Shown: positions 19,901 to 30,852, counted from the first letter of the stretch. The stretch: 64,000 nucleotides of DNA from Anaerolineaceae bacterium (GCA_016841445.1 JAENZD010000003.1:31212-95211), one strand, 5' to 3'. Program-made: numbers and translations. Notes: a model not told the origin generated them from the sequence alone.

Positions 19901-20501
19901 TGGTCAAGAAGTCCCGGCGAAAGATGTGGATGGTTCTGAAACCTTCCCTCCTGAAAGAAAATTTTCAAAAAGTACGCTGAATATCATTCGTATCATCGTG
20001 TTGATCGTGGTGATTGTTTTAACGATCATCCTGGTGGTCAACCGAGATCAGATTCAAAAACTGCAAGCTTATGGCTACCCGGGCATTTTTGTTTTTTCAA
20101 TACTTGCAAATGCAACAATATTGATCCCGTTACCCGGGGTTGTAGTGACATCCGCTTTTGGGGCAGTTTTCAACCCATTTTTTGTTTCACTTGCTGCCGG
20201 ATCCGGTGCTGCCCTGGGGGAGCTCTCAGGCTATTTGGCGGGTTTCAGCGGTCGAGCGGTTGTTGAAAATTCTAAAAAATATGACCGAGTTGTCCGGTGG
20301 ATGAAAAAATATGGTGATATTACTGTCCTGGTATTGGCTTTCATCCCCAACCCTTTATTTGACCTGGCAGGGATCGTGGCGGGTATTCTTAAAATGCCAG
20401 TTGGCAAATTCCTTCTTTATTGTGTGATTGGTAAAATCTTAAAAATGATGATGTTTGCCTATGCAGGCAATTGGGTCATCAATCTCTTGGTAAATATTTA
20501 A
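19890..20501 (+). CDS. DedA/VTT-domain membrane protein
   Basis: GAALGE...YLAG and FIPNPLFD pattern; multiple TMs; start uncertain. Confidence 0.85.
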   Translation: MAVDGQEVPAKDVDGSETFPPERKFSKSTLNIIRIIVLIVVIVLTIILVVNRDQIQKLQAYGYPGIFVFSILANATILIPLPGVVVTSAFGAVFNPFFVSLAAGSGAALGELSGYLAGFSGRAVVENSKKYDRVVRWMKKYGDITVLVLAFIPNPLFDLAGIVAGILKMPVGKFLLYCVIGKILKMMMFAYAGNWVINLLVNI

Positions 20502-20557
20502 TAAGTTGAGCGTTAATCAATTGGGTTGTTTATCGATTTTACATCCAAGGAGAATCA

Positions 20558-21916
20558 ATGGATATTAAAGCAGTTGACCGATATATTGAGGACAATCTCG
20601 AGACCAGCATTAGTGAACTATCTGAATTGTTATCGCAGCCCAGTGTTGCAGCCCAAAACGTGGGCATTGAAGAATGTGCTGAAATGGTGGCATCCAAGTT
20701 GAAGGCGCGTGGCTTTGATGTGCGAATCATGCCAACGGGTGGTTCACCGGTGGTGTTTGGAGAACGCAAGGGGCGAAGCGACAAGACATTAATCGCTTAC
20801 GACCATTATGATGTTCAACCCCCAGAGCCTTTAGATCTCTGGGATAGCCCTGCCTTTGAACCCAGTGTGCGGGATGGCCGCCTCTATGCCCGCGGTGCTG
20901 CTGATAATAAAGGAAACTTTATCGAAAGGCTGTATGCCATTGACGCCATCCTCGCAGCAGAGGGTGAGCTGCCCTGCAATGTCAAATTCATCGTCGAGGG
21001 TGAGGAAGAGATCGGCAGTGTCCACCTGGAACCATTCATACGTGAGAACCAGGAATTGCTTTCCGGGGATGTGTGCGTGTGGGAAATTGGAGGGGTGGAC
21101 CATGAAGGTGTGCCCATTCAGCAGGTAGGCTTGCGTGGGATTTGCTACGTTGAACTTCGTTCGAAAACAGCTAACCAGGATATTCATTCAGGTCTGGGAG
21201 GTTCGATTTTCCCAAATGCTGCCTGGCGGCTGGTTTGGGCACTGGCGACCTTGAAGGATAAGGATGAAAATATCCTGCTGCCGGGTTTCTATGAGGACGT
21301 GATCCCGCCAACAGCTCGTGAAAAAGAGCTTCTAGCCCAACAACCAGACATGAACGAATATTATCAAGAAAAATTTGACCTTTCAGGTTTCCTAAAAGGG
21401 ATCAAAGATCCCCTGGCATTGGCTATTGAAGGTGTGTATGAACCGACCTGCACAATTTGTGGGTTGACATCCGGCTACCAGGGCGAGGGTTCGAAAACTG
21501 TACTGCCGGCGGAAGCCAGGGCGAAGGTAGACTTCCGGCTAGTCCCCAACCAAACCCCAGAAAAAGTGCTGGCTCAACTCAGAACTCATCTGGACTCTCA
21601 CGGTTTTAAGGATATCGAGATCATCGATTTGGGTGGGAATCCGCCAGCAAAAACTGACCCGGACCATCCTGCTGTAAAGCTTGCCGTTAAAGCCGCTGAG
21701 GATGTTTACGAAAAGCCTACCCGGGTTATCCCCATGATTGGCGGTTCTGGACCTAATTTCATGTTCCAAAAATACCTGGGCGTCCCGATCATCTCCTCAG
21801 GTGCTGGAGATGCAGAGAGTCGGGCACATGCACCGAACGAGTCGATAAGTCTCGATCTGTATGTCAAAGGAGCCAAGCACTTTGCCCGAATCTTGATGCT
21901 AATGGGTCAGGACTGA
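20558..21916 (+). CDS. M20/M25/M40 family metallopeptidase
   Basis: YDHYDVQP, ARGAADNKG, EGEEEIGS and AHAPNE motifs. Confidence 0.92.
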   Translation: MDIKAVDRYIEDNLETSISELSELLSQPSVAAQNVGIEECAEMVASKLKARGFDVRIMPTGGSPVVFGERKGRSDKTLIAYDHYDVQPPEPLDLWDSPAFEPSVRDGRLYARGAADNKGNFIERLYAIDAILAAEGELPCNVKFIVEGEEEIGSVHLEPFIRENQELLSGDVCVWEIGGVDHEGVPIQQVGLRGICYVELRSKTANQDIHSGLGGSIFPNAAWRLVWALATLKDKDENILLPGFYEDVIPPTAREKELLAQQPDMNEYYQEKFDLSGFLKGIKDPLALAIEGVYEPTCTICGLTSGYQGEGSKTVLPAEARAKVDFRLVPNQTPEKVLAQLRTHLDSHGFKDIEIIDLGGNPPAKTDPDHPAVKLAVKAAEDVYEKPTRVIPMIGGSGPNFMFQKYLGVPIISSGAGDAESRAHAPNESISLDLYVKGAKHFARILMLMGQD

Positions 21917-22151
21917 TTTCGATTGTCTCTTTAACCTCATTGGTCGTATCCTCACTAGCTTCAGATTGATTGCGGGAGATTCTTTCGTATAGGTATCATT
22001 GGGTTTTAGATCCCCAGATGACTCGTTTTGAGGTTCCAATGCACGGTTCTTATGGTATGCTTATTCACTGAATTTTTAAATCCAGTCTGAGGAAAAAATA
22101 GACAGGAAATAAGGAATCAAAGAACATATCTGTATCAGGATTTGGATAATC

Positions 22152-23012
22152 ATGGAAACGAACGAGAGAATAACAAAAACAAATGGATTAATTGATTGGA
22201 TACTCCGCCTGCTGAAAGGCGTTTTTGTGGGTATAGGATTTATTACACCTGGCCTTTCCGGCGGTGTATTGGCGGTTGTTTTTGGTATTTATGAACCCCT
22301 GATGCGATTCCTGGGAAACCTGAGAAATAAGTTTTTCAAGAACCTGGTTTATTTTATCCCGGTGGGTATTGGGGGCGTGGTTGGTGTCGTCGCATTTTCT
22401 GCAGTCGTTGATTTCGCCTTCAGCAATTTCCCCGCACAATTTACCTGGCTTTTTATCGGTTTCATCGCCGGCACATTCCCATCCCTATTTAAGACTTCTG
22501 GAAAGCAGGGCAGAAAATGGTGGCACTGGCTGATGCTTGTCCTGATATCCGGCGGCACCTTTTTCTTAATGCGCTGGATGGAGGCCATCCGCAGTGTTCA
22601 ATTGATACCCTCATTCTTCAACTGGGTGCTGAGCGGTGCGTTGATCGGATTAGGCGTGGTAGTTCCCGGAATGAGCCCCTCTAATTTCTTGATCTATATC
22701 GGTCTTTATCAGCCCATGGCATCCGGCATCCGTCACCTTGATCTGGGTGTGATTGTCCCCCTCATGCTGGGTGGGTTAGCCTGTGTTTTGCTTTTGGCGA
22801 GATTCATTTCCTGGTTGTTCAAGAAGTTCTATGCGACCATGTACCACATTATCCTGGGAATTGTGATCGGTTCAACGATTGCGATCATCCCTTCAGGCGT
22901 GACCGGTTGGGTGATAGCAGTCTGTGCGGGTCTCTTTATTGCTGGGGCTATCATCTCCTTTGCACTGGCAAAGTTGGACGAGAAATATTCCCGTGAGGAA
23001 GCAGAAATTTAA
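22152..23012 (+). CDS. DUF368 membrane protein
   Basis: Twin PGLSGG / PGMSPS motifs, multi-TM. Confidence 0.85.
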   Translation: METNERITKTNGLIDWILRLLKGVFVGIGFITPGLSGGVLAVVFGIYEPLMRFLGNLRNKFFKNLVYFIPVGIGGVVGVVAFSAVVDFAFSNFPAQFTWLFIGFIAGTFPSLFKTSGKQGRKWWHWLMLVLISGGTFFLMRWMEAIRSVQLIPSFFNWVLSGALIGLGVVVPGMSPSNFLIYIGLYQPMASGIRHLDLGVIVPLMLGGLACVLLLARFISWLFKKFYATMYHIILGIVIGSTIAIIPSGVTGWVIAVCAGLFIAGAIISFALAKLDEKYSREEAEI

Positions 23013-23113
23013 ACCTTCTTCGCCAACAGTATATTTGGTGAGGGTAACTAAAGGAGTTAACATTCCATTTCTTCGGCTCAAAGCGAAACCGTTGAGATAG
23101 TGAAGTTAATTCA

Positions 23114-23896
23114 TTGCCATCCTTAATCATGGAGGGTGCATTGCCAGTCTATGATCGATTTGCATCAATTTATCAGCGGGGGCCTTACCTGCGGTTTTCT
23201 CAGAATATAGCCGAAACGGTTCTCCCACAATACCTTAAAGAAATGGGTATCAAGCCAACTGGTATCCTGGATATTGCTTGCGGAGAAGGCAGTTTTGCAG
23301 TTGAAATGTCCAAACAGGGCTATCACGTAACAGGTACTGACCGGTCATACCAGATGATCGACCTGGCCAAGAAACGGGCTTTTGAGAATGACCAGCCAGT
23401 AAAATTTATTGTCGAGGATATGCGGTCGCTGCCGTTTGAAGCGGATTTTGACCTAGTGACTTGCTTCTTTGACAGCTTGAACTATTTGCTCACCATTAAA
23501 GATTTGAATGATACTTTTCTGAATGTATACAGGGCACTGCGGCCGGGGGGAACCTTTATATTTGATATGAATACCATTTATGGCTTAGCGGTAGACTGGA
23601 TGCGCCAGGAAACCTATATCCAGAATGAGGGTGAGGATTTCATGGAAATCCACCGGCACGAGTTTGATTACGAAAACCAAATCGCGACGGTAGAGATAAC
23701 GGTATTCCAAAAACAAGAGAAATTTTGGGACCGGTTTGATGAAACACATCGTGAGCGGGGGTATCCAATCGCCGATCTTCAATTCCTCTTGCTCGAGGCT
23801 GGGTTCGAAATCACGGGGATATACGGCAATATAAGTAAGCAGTCTGAGGTACGATCGAACTCGCCCAGGGTATGGTTCTCCGCACTAAAACCATAG
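23114..23896 (+). CDS. Class I SAM-dependent methyltransferase
   Basis: LDIACGEG, DMR, DSLNY and LRPGGTFIFD motifs; start may be 23129. Confidence 0.9.
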   Translation: MPSLIMEGALPVYDRFASIYQRGPYLRFSQNIAETVLPQYLKEMGIKPTGILDIACGEGSFAVEMSKQGYHVTGTDRSYQMIDLAKKRAFENDQPVKFIVEDMRSLPFEADFDLVTCFFDSLNYLLTIKDLNDTFLNVYRALRPGGTFIFDMNTIYGLAVDWMRQETYIQNEGEDFMEIHRHEFDYENQIATVEITVFQKQEKFWDRFDETHRERGYPIADLQFLLLEAGFEITGIYGNISKQSEVRSNSPRVWFSALKP

Positions 23897-24152
23897 GTGG
23901 GCGATTGTTTCTTGGATGGCTTAAGTAGCATAAATAGTTTTCATCCATTTTTATGATAAAATTGAGCAATCGACTCTTAATGGAGTGTTTTCTGTTTTAC
24001 GACCTGACATCCAGGCTTATGACCTGTATGATCTGATGCCCGAATGTCTGGCCTGATATATTTTACAGCCAGATCAACTTAACAATTCAATAATTTCATT
24101 TTTGGATACCTTGCCGCTTATTCAGTCTTGACGCTTAGCCAGGAGGTAAATT

Positions 24153-25433
24153 TTGTTAAAAGAGACAACCTATCCAATTCGGAACCGTACACGCATCACA
24201 ATCCTGGTGGGGCTTCTCAGTTTGTCCATGATCGTGATTGCTTTTATTGTGAATACGCCAGCGGAAGTTTTTCAGGGTGAACTTGCAATCATCAAATCGC
24301 CGAGTGTACTCATCACGGACTATATCGCTTATGCCAACCTGGGTTCCGCTTTTTTTAATGCCGGCCTGGTCACATTGATTGGTTTGGGACTGGCCTGGCT
24401 AATCCATGCAAGGTTTAACGGTTATTTTCTCTCTGCGGTGTTTACGCTGGCAGGGTTCGCATTCTTTGGCAAGAATGTATTCAATATCCTACCGATTTTC
24501 CTGGGGGTCTTCCTTTACGACCGCATTTTCAGCCACCAGCCGATGCGGGATTTGATCGCACCGCTCCTGTTTGGAACCACAGTTGGGCCAGTTGTAAGCC
24601 AGGTCGCATTTGGCTTTGATCTGGGTTGGTGGGGGCTGGCAGGTGGTATTCTCCTCGGTGTGCTGTTAGGCACAATTTTGGCTGCCCTTATGAATCACAT
24701 CTACAGTTTTCACCTGGGCTATAACCTCTACAACACGGGGACGACCGGCGGGTTTGTGGCAACTGTAGCATATATCACCATGCGCGGGTTCGGTTTGGAA
24801 ATACAACCTGCATTTTACTGGTCAACAGAACATACTGGATTTCTCTCCTGGTATGTTCTGGCTGTGCTTGCGTTCTTGATCGTCCTTGGTTTTCTATGTG
24901 GTGCCAGGTTCAAGGGTTATAAAGAGATTTGGAAGAGTTCGGGACGGCTTGCTTCGGATTATGTCGTAATGACGGATTTGGGAACAACGCTCGTAAATAT
25001 GGGTTTGGTGGGTTTAATCGCCTTAGGTTATGTGCATTTCGTTGGTGGAGATGTTAACGGACCGATCCTGGCGGGTATCTTCACCGTGACTGGGTTCGGT
25101 GCATTAGGCAAACACCCGAGGAACATCGTCCCAATTATGATTGGTGTATTTCTATTCTGCATTCCAAATGTTTGGGAGCATGCTGATCCAGGGCCTTTAC
25201 TTGCAGCGCTTTTCTGTACAACACTGGCACCATTGGCTGGAAAATTTGGATTTCTTGCTGGTGTCATAGCCGGTGCGCTCCATCTACCCATGGTGATGCA
25301 TGTCGGCAGTGTTCACGGTTTTATGAACCTTTACAATAATGGGTTTGCAGGCGGGTTAGCGATGCTGATCATTATCGGGTTCATCAAAGGCTTTAAGCCA
25401 AAATTACTGTTGGATGAAGAAATGGCTGGTTGA
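24153..25433 (+). CDS. DUF1576-like multi-pass membrane protein
   Basis: Internal duplication GFAFFGKN / GFGALGKH and GYNLYNTG / NLYNNGF; AGGAGG SD. Confidence 0.8.
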   Translation: MLKETTYPIRNRTRITILVGLLSLSMIVIAFIVNTPAEVFQGELAIIKSPSVLITDYIAYANLGSAFFNAGLVTLIGLGLAWLIHARFNGYFLSAVFTLAGFAFFGKNVFNILPIFLGVFLYDRIFSHQPMRDLIAPLLFGTTVGPVVSQVAFGFDLGWWGLAGGILLGVLLGTILAALMNHIYSFHLGYNLYNTGTTGGFVATVAYITMRGFGLEIQPAFYWSTEHTGFLSWYVLAVLAFLIVLGFLCGARFKGYKEIWKSSGRLASDYVVMTDLGTTLVNMGLVGLIALGYVHFVGGDVNGPILAGIFTVTGFGALGKHPRNIVPIMIGVFLFCIPNVWEHADPGPLLAALFCTTLAPLAGKFGFLAGVIAGALHLPMVMHVGSVHGFMNLYNNGFAGGLAMLIIIGFIKGFKPKLLLDEEMAG

Positions 25434-25516
25434 TCCTACGGAAAACAGGCGCTCTAATTCTTTTTAACTTGCCTAGCCTTGTTCGTGGTGATATGATTTG
25501 AGTTGTTGGAGGCATA

Positions 25517-25894
25517 TTGAAGGATCTGAGCCGAAGAAAAAGAATTCGCTATCTTCTTTTATTAGTCATCATCATCACCCTGCCCTGCTACTGCCTGGGC
25601 TTGGTTGTTTTGCGGATTAACCGTTCGCAGCCTGATGTTTTACCGCCAACCGCTACTCAAACAGCAACAAAAACGCCGACCATCACGCTGACACCTTACA
25701 TTACATATACCCTGACCATTACGCCGACATCGACCCAAACATGGACGGAAACGCCCACTGCAACCGGGACACTCACACCAAACCCTTCCAGGACCTTCAC
25801 GCAAACAGTGACGCCATCCTTTACCCCATCTCCGACTGATATCACTGTGCCAACGGCAACCATCACTGAAATACCACCGACTGAAGAACCTTAA
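25517..25894 (+). CDS. Membrane-anchored Thr/Pro-rich protein
   Basis: Basic N-terminus, TM helix, TP-rich tail; GGAGG before TTG. Confidence 0.7.
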   Translation: MKDLSRRKRIRYLLLLVIIITLPCYCLGLVVLRINRSQPDVLPPTATQTATKTPTITLTPYITYTLTITPTSTQTWTETPTATGTLTPNPSRTFTQTVTPSFTPSPTDITVPTATITEIPPTEEP

Positions 25895-25921
25895 TTCAGA
25901 TTTACTGAGGATTGAATTTTT

Positions 25922-26980
25922 ATGAATGATTTGCAGAATTTGCTGAAAGAAATGTTATCTGTTTCAGGTCTTTCCGGCTTTGAAGCACCGATCCGGAAGA
26001 TTGTTGAAAAAGCATGGGAACCTCTGACCGATGAAATATCCGTGAGTAAAATCGGAAGCCTGCACGGTTTGAAGAGGGGAAAGCCTAGCGATCCCAGAAA
26101 AAAGGTCATGATCTCTGCCCACATGGATGCGATCGGGATGATGGTCACACATATTCAGGATGGTTTCCTGCATGTCACGGAGGTGGGCGGCATTGACCAC
26201 CGGATCTTGCCAGGCCAACCTGTGGTCGTGCATGGAAGGGAAGAGCTCCCGGGATTGGTTGTCCAACCGCCATCGCATCTCCTGCCTGAATCAGTGGGCA
26301 GCGGACCGGTCGTGATGAAATACTTGCTGGTGGATGTTGGTTTGAGACCTGACGATGTCTCAGAAAAAGTGCGGATCGGTGATGTTGTATCTTACGATCA
26401 GGTACCCCTTGATCTGACAGGTGAGGCGATGGCAGGGCATACCCTCGATAACCGGGTATCTGTTGCCGCCACCACAATCTGTTTGGAAGAGCTTCAGAGC
26501 CGCTCACATGATTGGGATGTTTGGGCGGTAGCTTCAGCCCAGGAAGAGGAAACCCTGGGCGGTGCGCTAACATCTCCTTTTGATATTAAGCCAGATATCG
26601 CCATTATTGTTGATGTTTGTTTTGCAAAGAGTGAGGGTGCAACAGATTGGCGTAATTTGCCATTTGGTGAGGGCGTTGGCCTTGGTTATGGTCCGAACAT
26701 TCACCCGGCGTTATATGATATGTTTGAAAAGAAAGCGAAAGAGCTCGAAATACCTTTTAATCGTGACCTTATGCCGAAAATGTCAGGAACGGATGCCATG
26801 GCAGTTCAAATAGTCGCTGAAGGAATCCCATGCGCTGTTTTAGGTATCCCTTTGCGTTATATGCACACACCGGTTGAAACCGTTTCTTTGAAAGATATTC
26901 GGCGCACCGGTAGGCTGATGGCGGAATTCATTGCTGACCTCAAGCCAGACACCCTGGAACAGATAGGATGGGAAGCGTAA
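25922..26980 (+). CDS. M42 family aminopeptidase, copy 1
   Basis: AHMD, LDNR, QEE, VDV and RYMH ligands. Confidence 0.92.
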   Translation: MNDLQNLLKEMLSVSGLSGFEAPIRKIVEKAWEPLTDEISVSKIGSLHGLKRGKPSDPRKKVMISAHMDAIGMMVTHIQDGFLHVTEVGGIDHRILPGQPVVVHGREELPGLVVQPPSHLLPESVGSGPVVMKYLLVDVGLRPDDVSEKVRIGDVVSYDQVPLDLTGEAMAGHTLDNRVSVAATTICLEELQSRSHDWDVWAVASAQEEETLGGALTSPFDIKPDIAIIVDVCFAKSEGATDWRNLPFGEGVGLGYGPNIHPALYDMFEKKAKELEIPFNRDLMPKMSGTDAMAVQIVAEGIPCAVLGIPLRYMHTPVETVSLKDIRRTGRLMAEFIADLKPDTLEQIGWEA

Positions 26981-26984
26981 ATCA

Positions 26985-28082
26985 ATGACAAAGAAAACAG
27001 AAGAATTGAGCCAAAAATTGCATATTGGAAGCGATCAATTAGAATTATTGGAAAAACTCTGTAATGCGACGGCAGTATCCGGGGATGAACATGAAGTTCG
27101 CCAAATCGTAATGGAAGAAGTCAAGGCGCTTGCAGACGATGTTAAGGTTGATGCCCTTGGGAACGTGTTGGTGACCAAGCGGGGTAGTGGGGAAAATCGG
27201 GTGCGTGTCATGCTGGCTGCCCATATGGATGAGATTGGGATGATGATCGTCAAGAAGCATGATGACGACCTTTTCCAGTTTGAGATTGTGGGTGGTATTG
27301 ATGAACGCCAGCTGCCAGGGAAAGCGGTTTTGGTTGGACGTGACCACTTGCCGGGTGTGATCGGGGCTAAGCCGATCCATATGACCACAGCAAAAGAACG
27401 AGAAAATAAAATCGAAACGTCTTCAATGCGGATTGATCTTGGTCCGGATATTGGTGAAAAAGTAAAGCCCGGTGACCGGGCAACCTTTGCGACCCGCTTT
27501 AGAGTGGTGGGACCGAGTATTTTTGCCAAAGCTCTGGATAATCGCTTCGGCGTTGCCACACTGATCGAACTCTTGAAAAACCCACTACCGAATATCGATC
27601 TTTTGGTTGCCTTCACTGTCCAGGAGGAAGTCGGGTTGCGGGGCGCACAGGTCGCAGCCTATACCTTCAACCCGGATGTTGGCATTGCTGTTGATTCAAC
27701 GCCTGCTTATGACCTGCCGCATTGGGATGAGGAAGAAGAGAACTTTCAGTACAACACAAAATTGGATGAAGGCCCGGCGGTATACGTGATGGATCGTGCG
27801 ACCATTGCTGACCAGCGGATTGTCCGTTTATTCAGGGAAACAGCTGTGGAATGGGGCATTCCATACCAGATCCGGCAACCCGGCGGCGGGGGGACGGATG
27901 CTGGTGTGATTCATAAATCCCGCAGCGGCGTTCCAAGCATATCGATCTCGGTTCCTTCTCGCTATGCGCATACTGCTGCGAGTATCGCAAGGATAGATGA
28001 TTGGCAGAACACATTGAACCTCATCCACGCTGTATTAAGCAACATGTCACCTGATAAGATCGCCGGCGAGCGGCGTGATTGA
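26985..28082 (+). CDS. M42 family aminopeptidase, copy 2
   Basis: AHMDE, LDNR, QEE, VDS and RYAH ligands. Confidence 0.92.
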   Translation: MTKKTEELSQKLHIGSDQLELLEKLCNATAVSGDEHEVRQIVMEEVKALADDVKVDALGNVLVTKRGSGENRVRVMLAAHMDEIGMMIVKKHDDDLFQFEIVGGIDERQLPGKAVLVGRDHLPGVIGAKPIHMTTAKERENKIETSSMRIDLGPDIGEKVKPGDRATFATRFRVVGPSIFAKALDNRFGVATLIELLKNPLPNIDLLVAFTVQEEVGLRGAQVAAYTFNPDVGIAVDSTPAYDLPHWDEEEENFQYNTKLDEGPAVYVMDRATIADQRIVRLFRETAVEWGIPYQIRQPGGGGTDAGVIHKSRSGVPSISISVPSRYAHTAASIARIDDWQNTLNLIHAVLSNMSPDKIAGERRD

Positions 28083-28135
28083 TCCGGTTAGCTTTTTGAT
28101 GACTTGACCCATGAACATTATTTTCCAGGAGCATT

Positions 28136-29134
28136 TTGATGAAATCTTTAGTACAAAAACTTGTTGAGACTCCCGGTCCTTCCGGGTTCGAATACGAAAT
28201 CCGGGATGTTATTCGCGAGGCGATTAGCGACTTTGCGGATGAAATACGGGTTGATACCCTGGGCAACCTGATTGCCAGGAAAGGTGCCAAATCTGGTAAA
28301 GGGGTGCGAGTGATGGTCTCAGCCCATATTGATGAAATTGGGTTAATGGCAACCCATATCAGCGAGGAAGGCTTTATTCGTTTCACGAATATCGGCGGTA
28401 TCAACCCCCTGACGTGCTACGGCGGCCGTGTGCTTTTTATGAATGGAACACGCGGCGTGATTGGCATGGAAGGTGTTGAAGCCGGAAAGACCCCAAAACT
28501 TTCCAACCTGTTCATTGATGTTGGCGCAACCAGCAAAGAAGATTGCCCGGTGAAAGTTGGGAATGTATGTGGATTTGAAAGGCCCTTCCTTGACCTTGGA
28601 AAGCGTTGGGTTGCAAAATCAATGGATGACCGAATTGCTGCCGTGATTGCGATCGAAGCATTGAAGCGAATCGAAAAAACACCCCATGAAATCTTCTTTG
28701 TCTTCAGTACACAGGAAGAAGTCGGGTTGCGAGGTGCAACGACTGCAGCTTATGGGGTTGACCCTGATGTCGGTTTTGCGGTAGATGTTACTCGCAGCGG
28801 TGATACGCCAAAACCGAGTGCGAAGATGGCAACTGCACTTGGCGATGGTGCTGCGATTAAAGTCAGGGATGCCAGTTTTATTGCTGATCCCCGCCTGGTC
28901 GATTTTATGGTGAAAACTGCAGAAGATGCTGATATTCCCTACCAGCTTGAAGTTCTGGAAGCAGGGGGAACAGACGGGCGAGCGATTCAGCTGACTAGAA
29001 GCGGTGTCCCGGCTGGATGTATTTCGGTCGTTTGCCGGTATATTCATTCCCCTTCTGAAATGGTTGATGCAGATGATGTTGAAAATTCTATCAAACTTCT
29101 GGTAAAACTACTGAGTAATGAAATCGTGCTGTAA
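28136..29134 (+). CDS. M42 family aminopeptidase, copy 3
   Basis: AHIDE, MDDR, QEE, VDV and RYIH ligands. Confidence 0.92.
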   Translation: MMKSLVQKLVETPGPSGFEYEIRDVIREAISDFADEIRVDTLGNLIARKGAKSGKGVRVMVSAHIDEIGLMATHISEEGFIRFTNIGGINPLTCYGGRVLFMNGTRGVIGMEGVEAGKTPKLSNLFIDVGATSKEDCPVKVGNVCGFERPFLDLGKRWVAKSMDDRIAAVIAIEALKRIEKTPHEIFFVFSTQEEVGLRGATTAAYGVDPDVGFAVDVTRSGDTPKPSAKMATALGDGAAIKVRDASFIADPRLVDFMVKTAEDADIPYQLEVLEAGGTDGRAIQLTRSGVPAGCISVVCRYIHSPSEMVDADDVENSIKLLVKLLSNEIVL

Positions 29135-29163
29135 TTCCTTTTGAAAGGAAGCGTAAAATAATT

Positions 29164-30474
29164 TTGAAGAAAATCAGAATCCTGTTTGGCTTGGGGATGC
29201 TCATGGTGTTGATACTCACTGGGTGTGATGGCTTACCTGTTAATATCCCCGGTCTGGTAGGTGAGGATGCAACACTGACAGCCTCCGCGGTTATTCCCGG
29301 AGATGCGACACTAACGCCGCAGGTGACAACAACAACAGCAGAAACACCATCTCCCGTAACTGAGATGACGTTGTGGGTCCCACCTGAGATGGACCCTTCA
29401 CTGGAGACAGAAGCAAGCCGGTTATTTGAAAATCGGCTCCGGATTTTCTCAGAGATGCATGGTGATCTGGATATCCATGTGCGCGTTAAAGCTGCCGATG
29501 GGGTCAGCGGGTTATTGAACGCACTGACGGCAACCAGTGCTTCAGCACCCGAGATCATTCCTGACCTGGTCGTGCTTTCCCGGCCTGATCTCGAAACGGC
29601 TGCATTAAAAGGATTGATTTATCCACTGGACGAGCTGACAGAAATTCCTGATGATCCTGATTGGTATCCTTTTGCAAAAGAGATGGCGCTTCTGCAGGGC
29701 AGCACCTTTGGTCTTCCCTTTGCAGGTGATGCTTTAGCGCTGGTTTATCGTCCATCCAACCTGCCTGAATTCTCCGGAGAATGGGGATACCTGGCAGAAG
29801 AGAATATTCATCTGACCTTTCCAGCAGGCAGCGATCTTGCATTTTGGCCCCTTGCCCTATATCTATCTGAAGGTGGAACGATTCAGGATAACCAACGCAG
29901 GCCAACTTTGGATGCAGAACCGCTAACAGAAATATTACGGGTTATCCAGGCGGGGGTGGAATCGAATGTTTTTTCTGAATCTTTACTGGAATTTCAGACT
30001 GATAATCAATCATGGGCTGCTTTTAATGACGGTCAAACGGATGCGGTCATCACGATGATCTCAAATTTCTTAAAAGAAGGCCCTGCGGATTCCAGCCTGG
30101 TTCCCTTGTTTACATTTTCAGAAAGTAGCATCACAATTGGTGGCGGACACAGTTGGGCTGTTGCCGCGCCGCAAGCAAACCGGCAGACACTTGCGGTGGA
30201 GCTTGCAGAATTCCTTGTGGAGCCCAATTTTCTTGAACAGTGGACATGGGCTGCTGGTTATATTCCGCCCCGGCCGTCTGCTCTGCAAGGTTGGCATGAT
30301 CAAAACTTACGTTCCACAGTCGGGCAGATCGCCCTGACAACGCAGTTACGACCATCGATTGATCTTATGACGAGTATTGGGCCTGTTCTGAAGGAATCCA
30401 CCCAGCAAATCTTAATGAATATGATGGACCCTGCCCAGGCAGCGCTCTTAGCGGTAGAAAGTTTAGAGGATTAA
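29164..30474 (+). CDS. Extracellular solute-binding lipoprotein (sugar-type fold), no adjacent permease
   Basis: Lipobox LTGC, Thr/Pro linker, PDLV, TFGLPFAGD and GYIPPR motifs. Confidence 0.8.
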   Translation: MKKIRILFGLGMLMVLILTGCDGLPVNIPGLVGEDATLTASAVIPGDATLTPQVTTTTAETPSPVTEMTLWVPPEMDPSLETEASRLFENRLRIFSEMHGDLDIHVRVKAADGVSGLLNALTATSASAPEIIPDLVVLSRPDLETAALKGLIYPLDELTEIPDDPDWYPFAKEMALLQGSTFGLPFAGDALALVYRPSNLPEFSGEWGYLAEENIHLTFPAGSDLAFWPLALYLSEGGTIQDNQRRPTLDAEPLTEILRVIQAGVESNVFSESLLEFQTDNQSWAAFNDGQTDAVITMISNFLKEGPADSSLVPLFTFSESSITIGGGHSWAVAAPQANRQTLAVELAEFLVEPNFLEQWTWAAGYIPPRPSALQGWHDQNLRSTVGQIALTTQLRPSIDLMTSIGPVLKESTQQILMNMMDPAQAALLAVESLED

Positions 30475-30476
30475 GT

Positions 30477-30824
30477 ATGCCAGACCAGAATCTCACAAAG
30501 AGGAAGTTGAACCTGAGGATTTTTCCCCACGGTATCATGCTGGTTTTGGTCCTAAGCGTGATTTTCCTGTCTGTGATGGCTTTTGTAAATCCTGTTGCCC
30601 AAGGTGCAACTACAACACCTGCTCCTTCCAGCACTTTTTCTGCGACCGATGTCGATACCGATGTCACGCAACAAGCAGATCAAACACAAACAGAGGAGAT
30701 TTTACCGCCGCCGACACCTGAGGAGATTGGCTCAACAAACGGTATCATTTTCTGGAGCACGATTTTGGTCTTGATTTTATTAATTGGCACCCTGAGAGAG
30801 ACCATTCTACGCAAAGATAAATAG
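30477..30824 (+). CDS. Small membrane protein with Thr/Pro-rich linker between two hydrophobic segments
   Basis: 115-aa ORF starting 2 nt after the upstream stop. Confidence 0.65.
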   Translation: MPDQNLTKRKLNLRIFPHGIMLVLVLSVIFLSVMAFVNPVAQGATTTPAPSSTFSATDVDTDVTQQADQTQTEEILPPPTPEEIGSTNGIIFWSTILVLILLIGTLRETILRKDK

Positions 30825-30852
30825 GTTCTGCGTTTATTCAGAAGGAGTTTCT

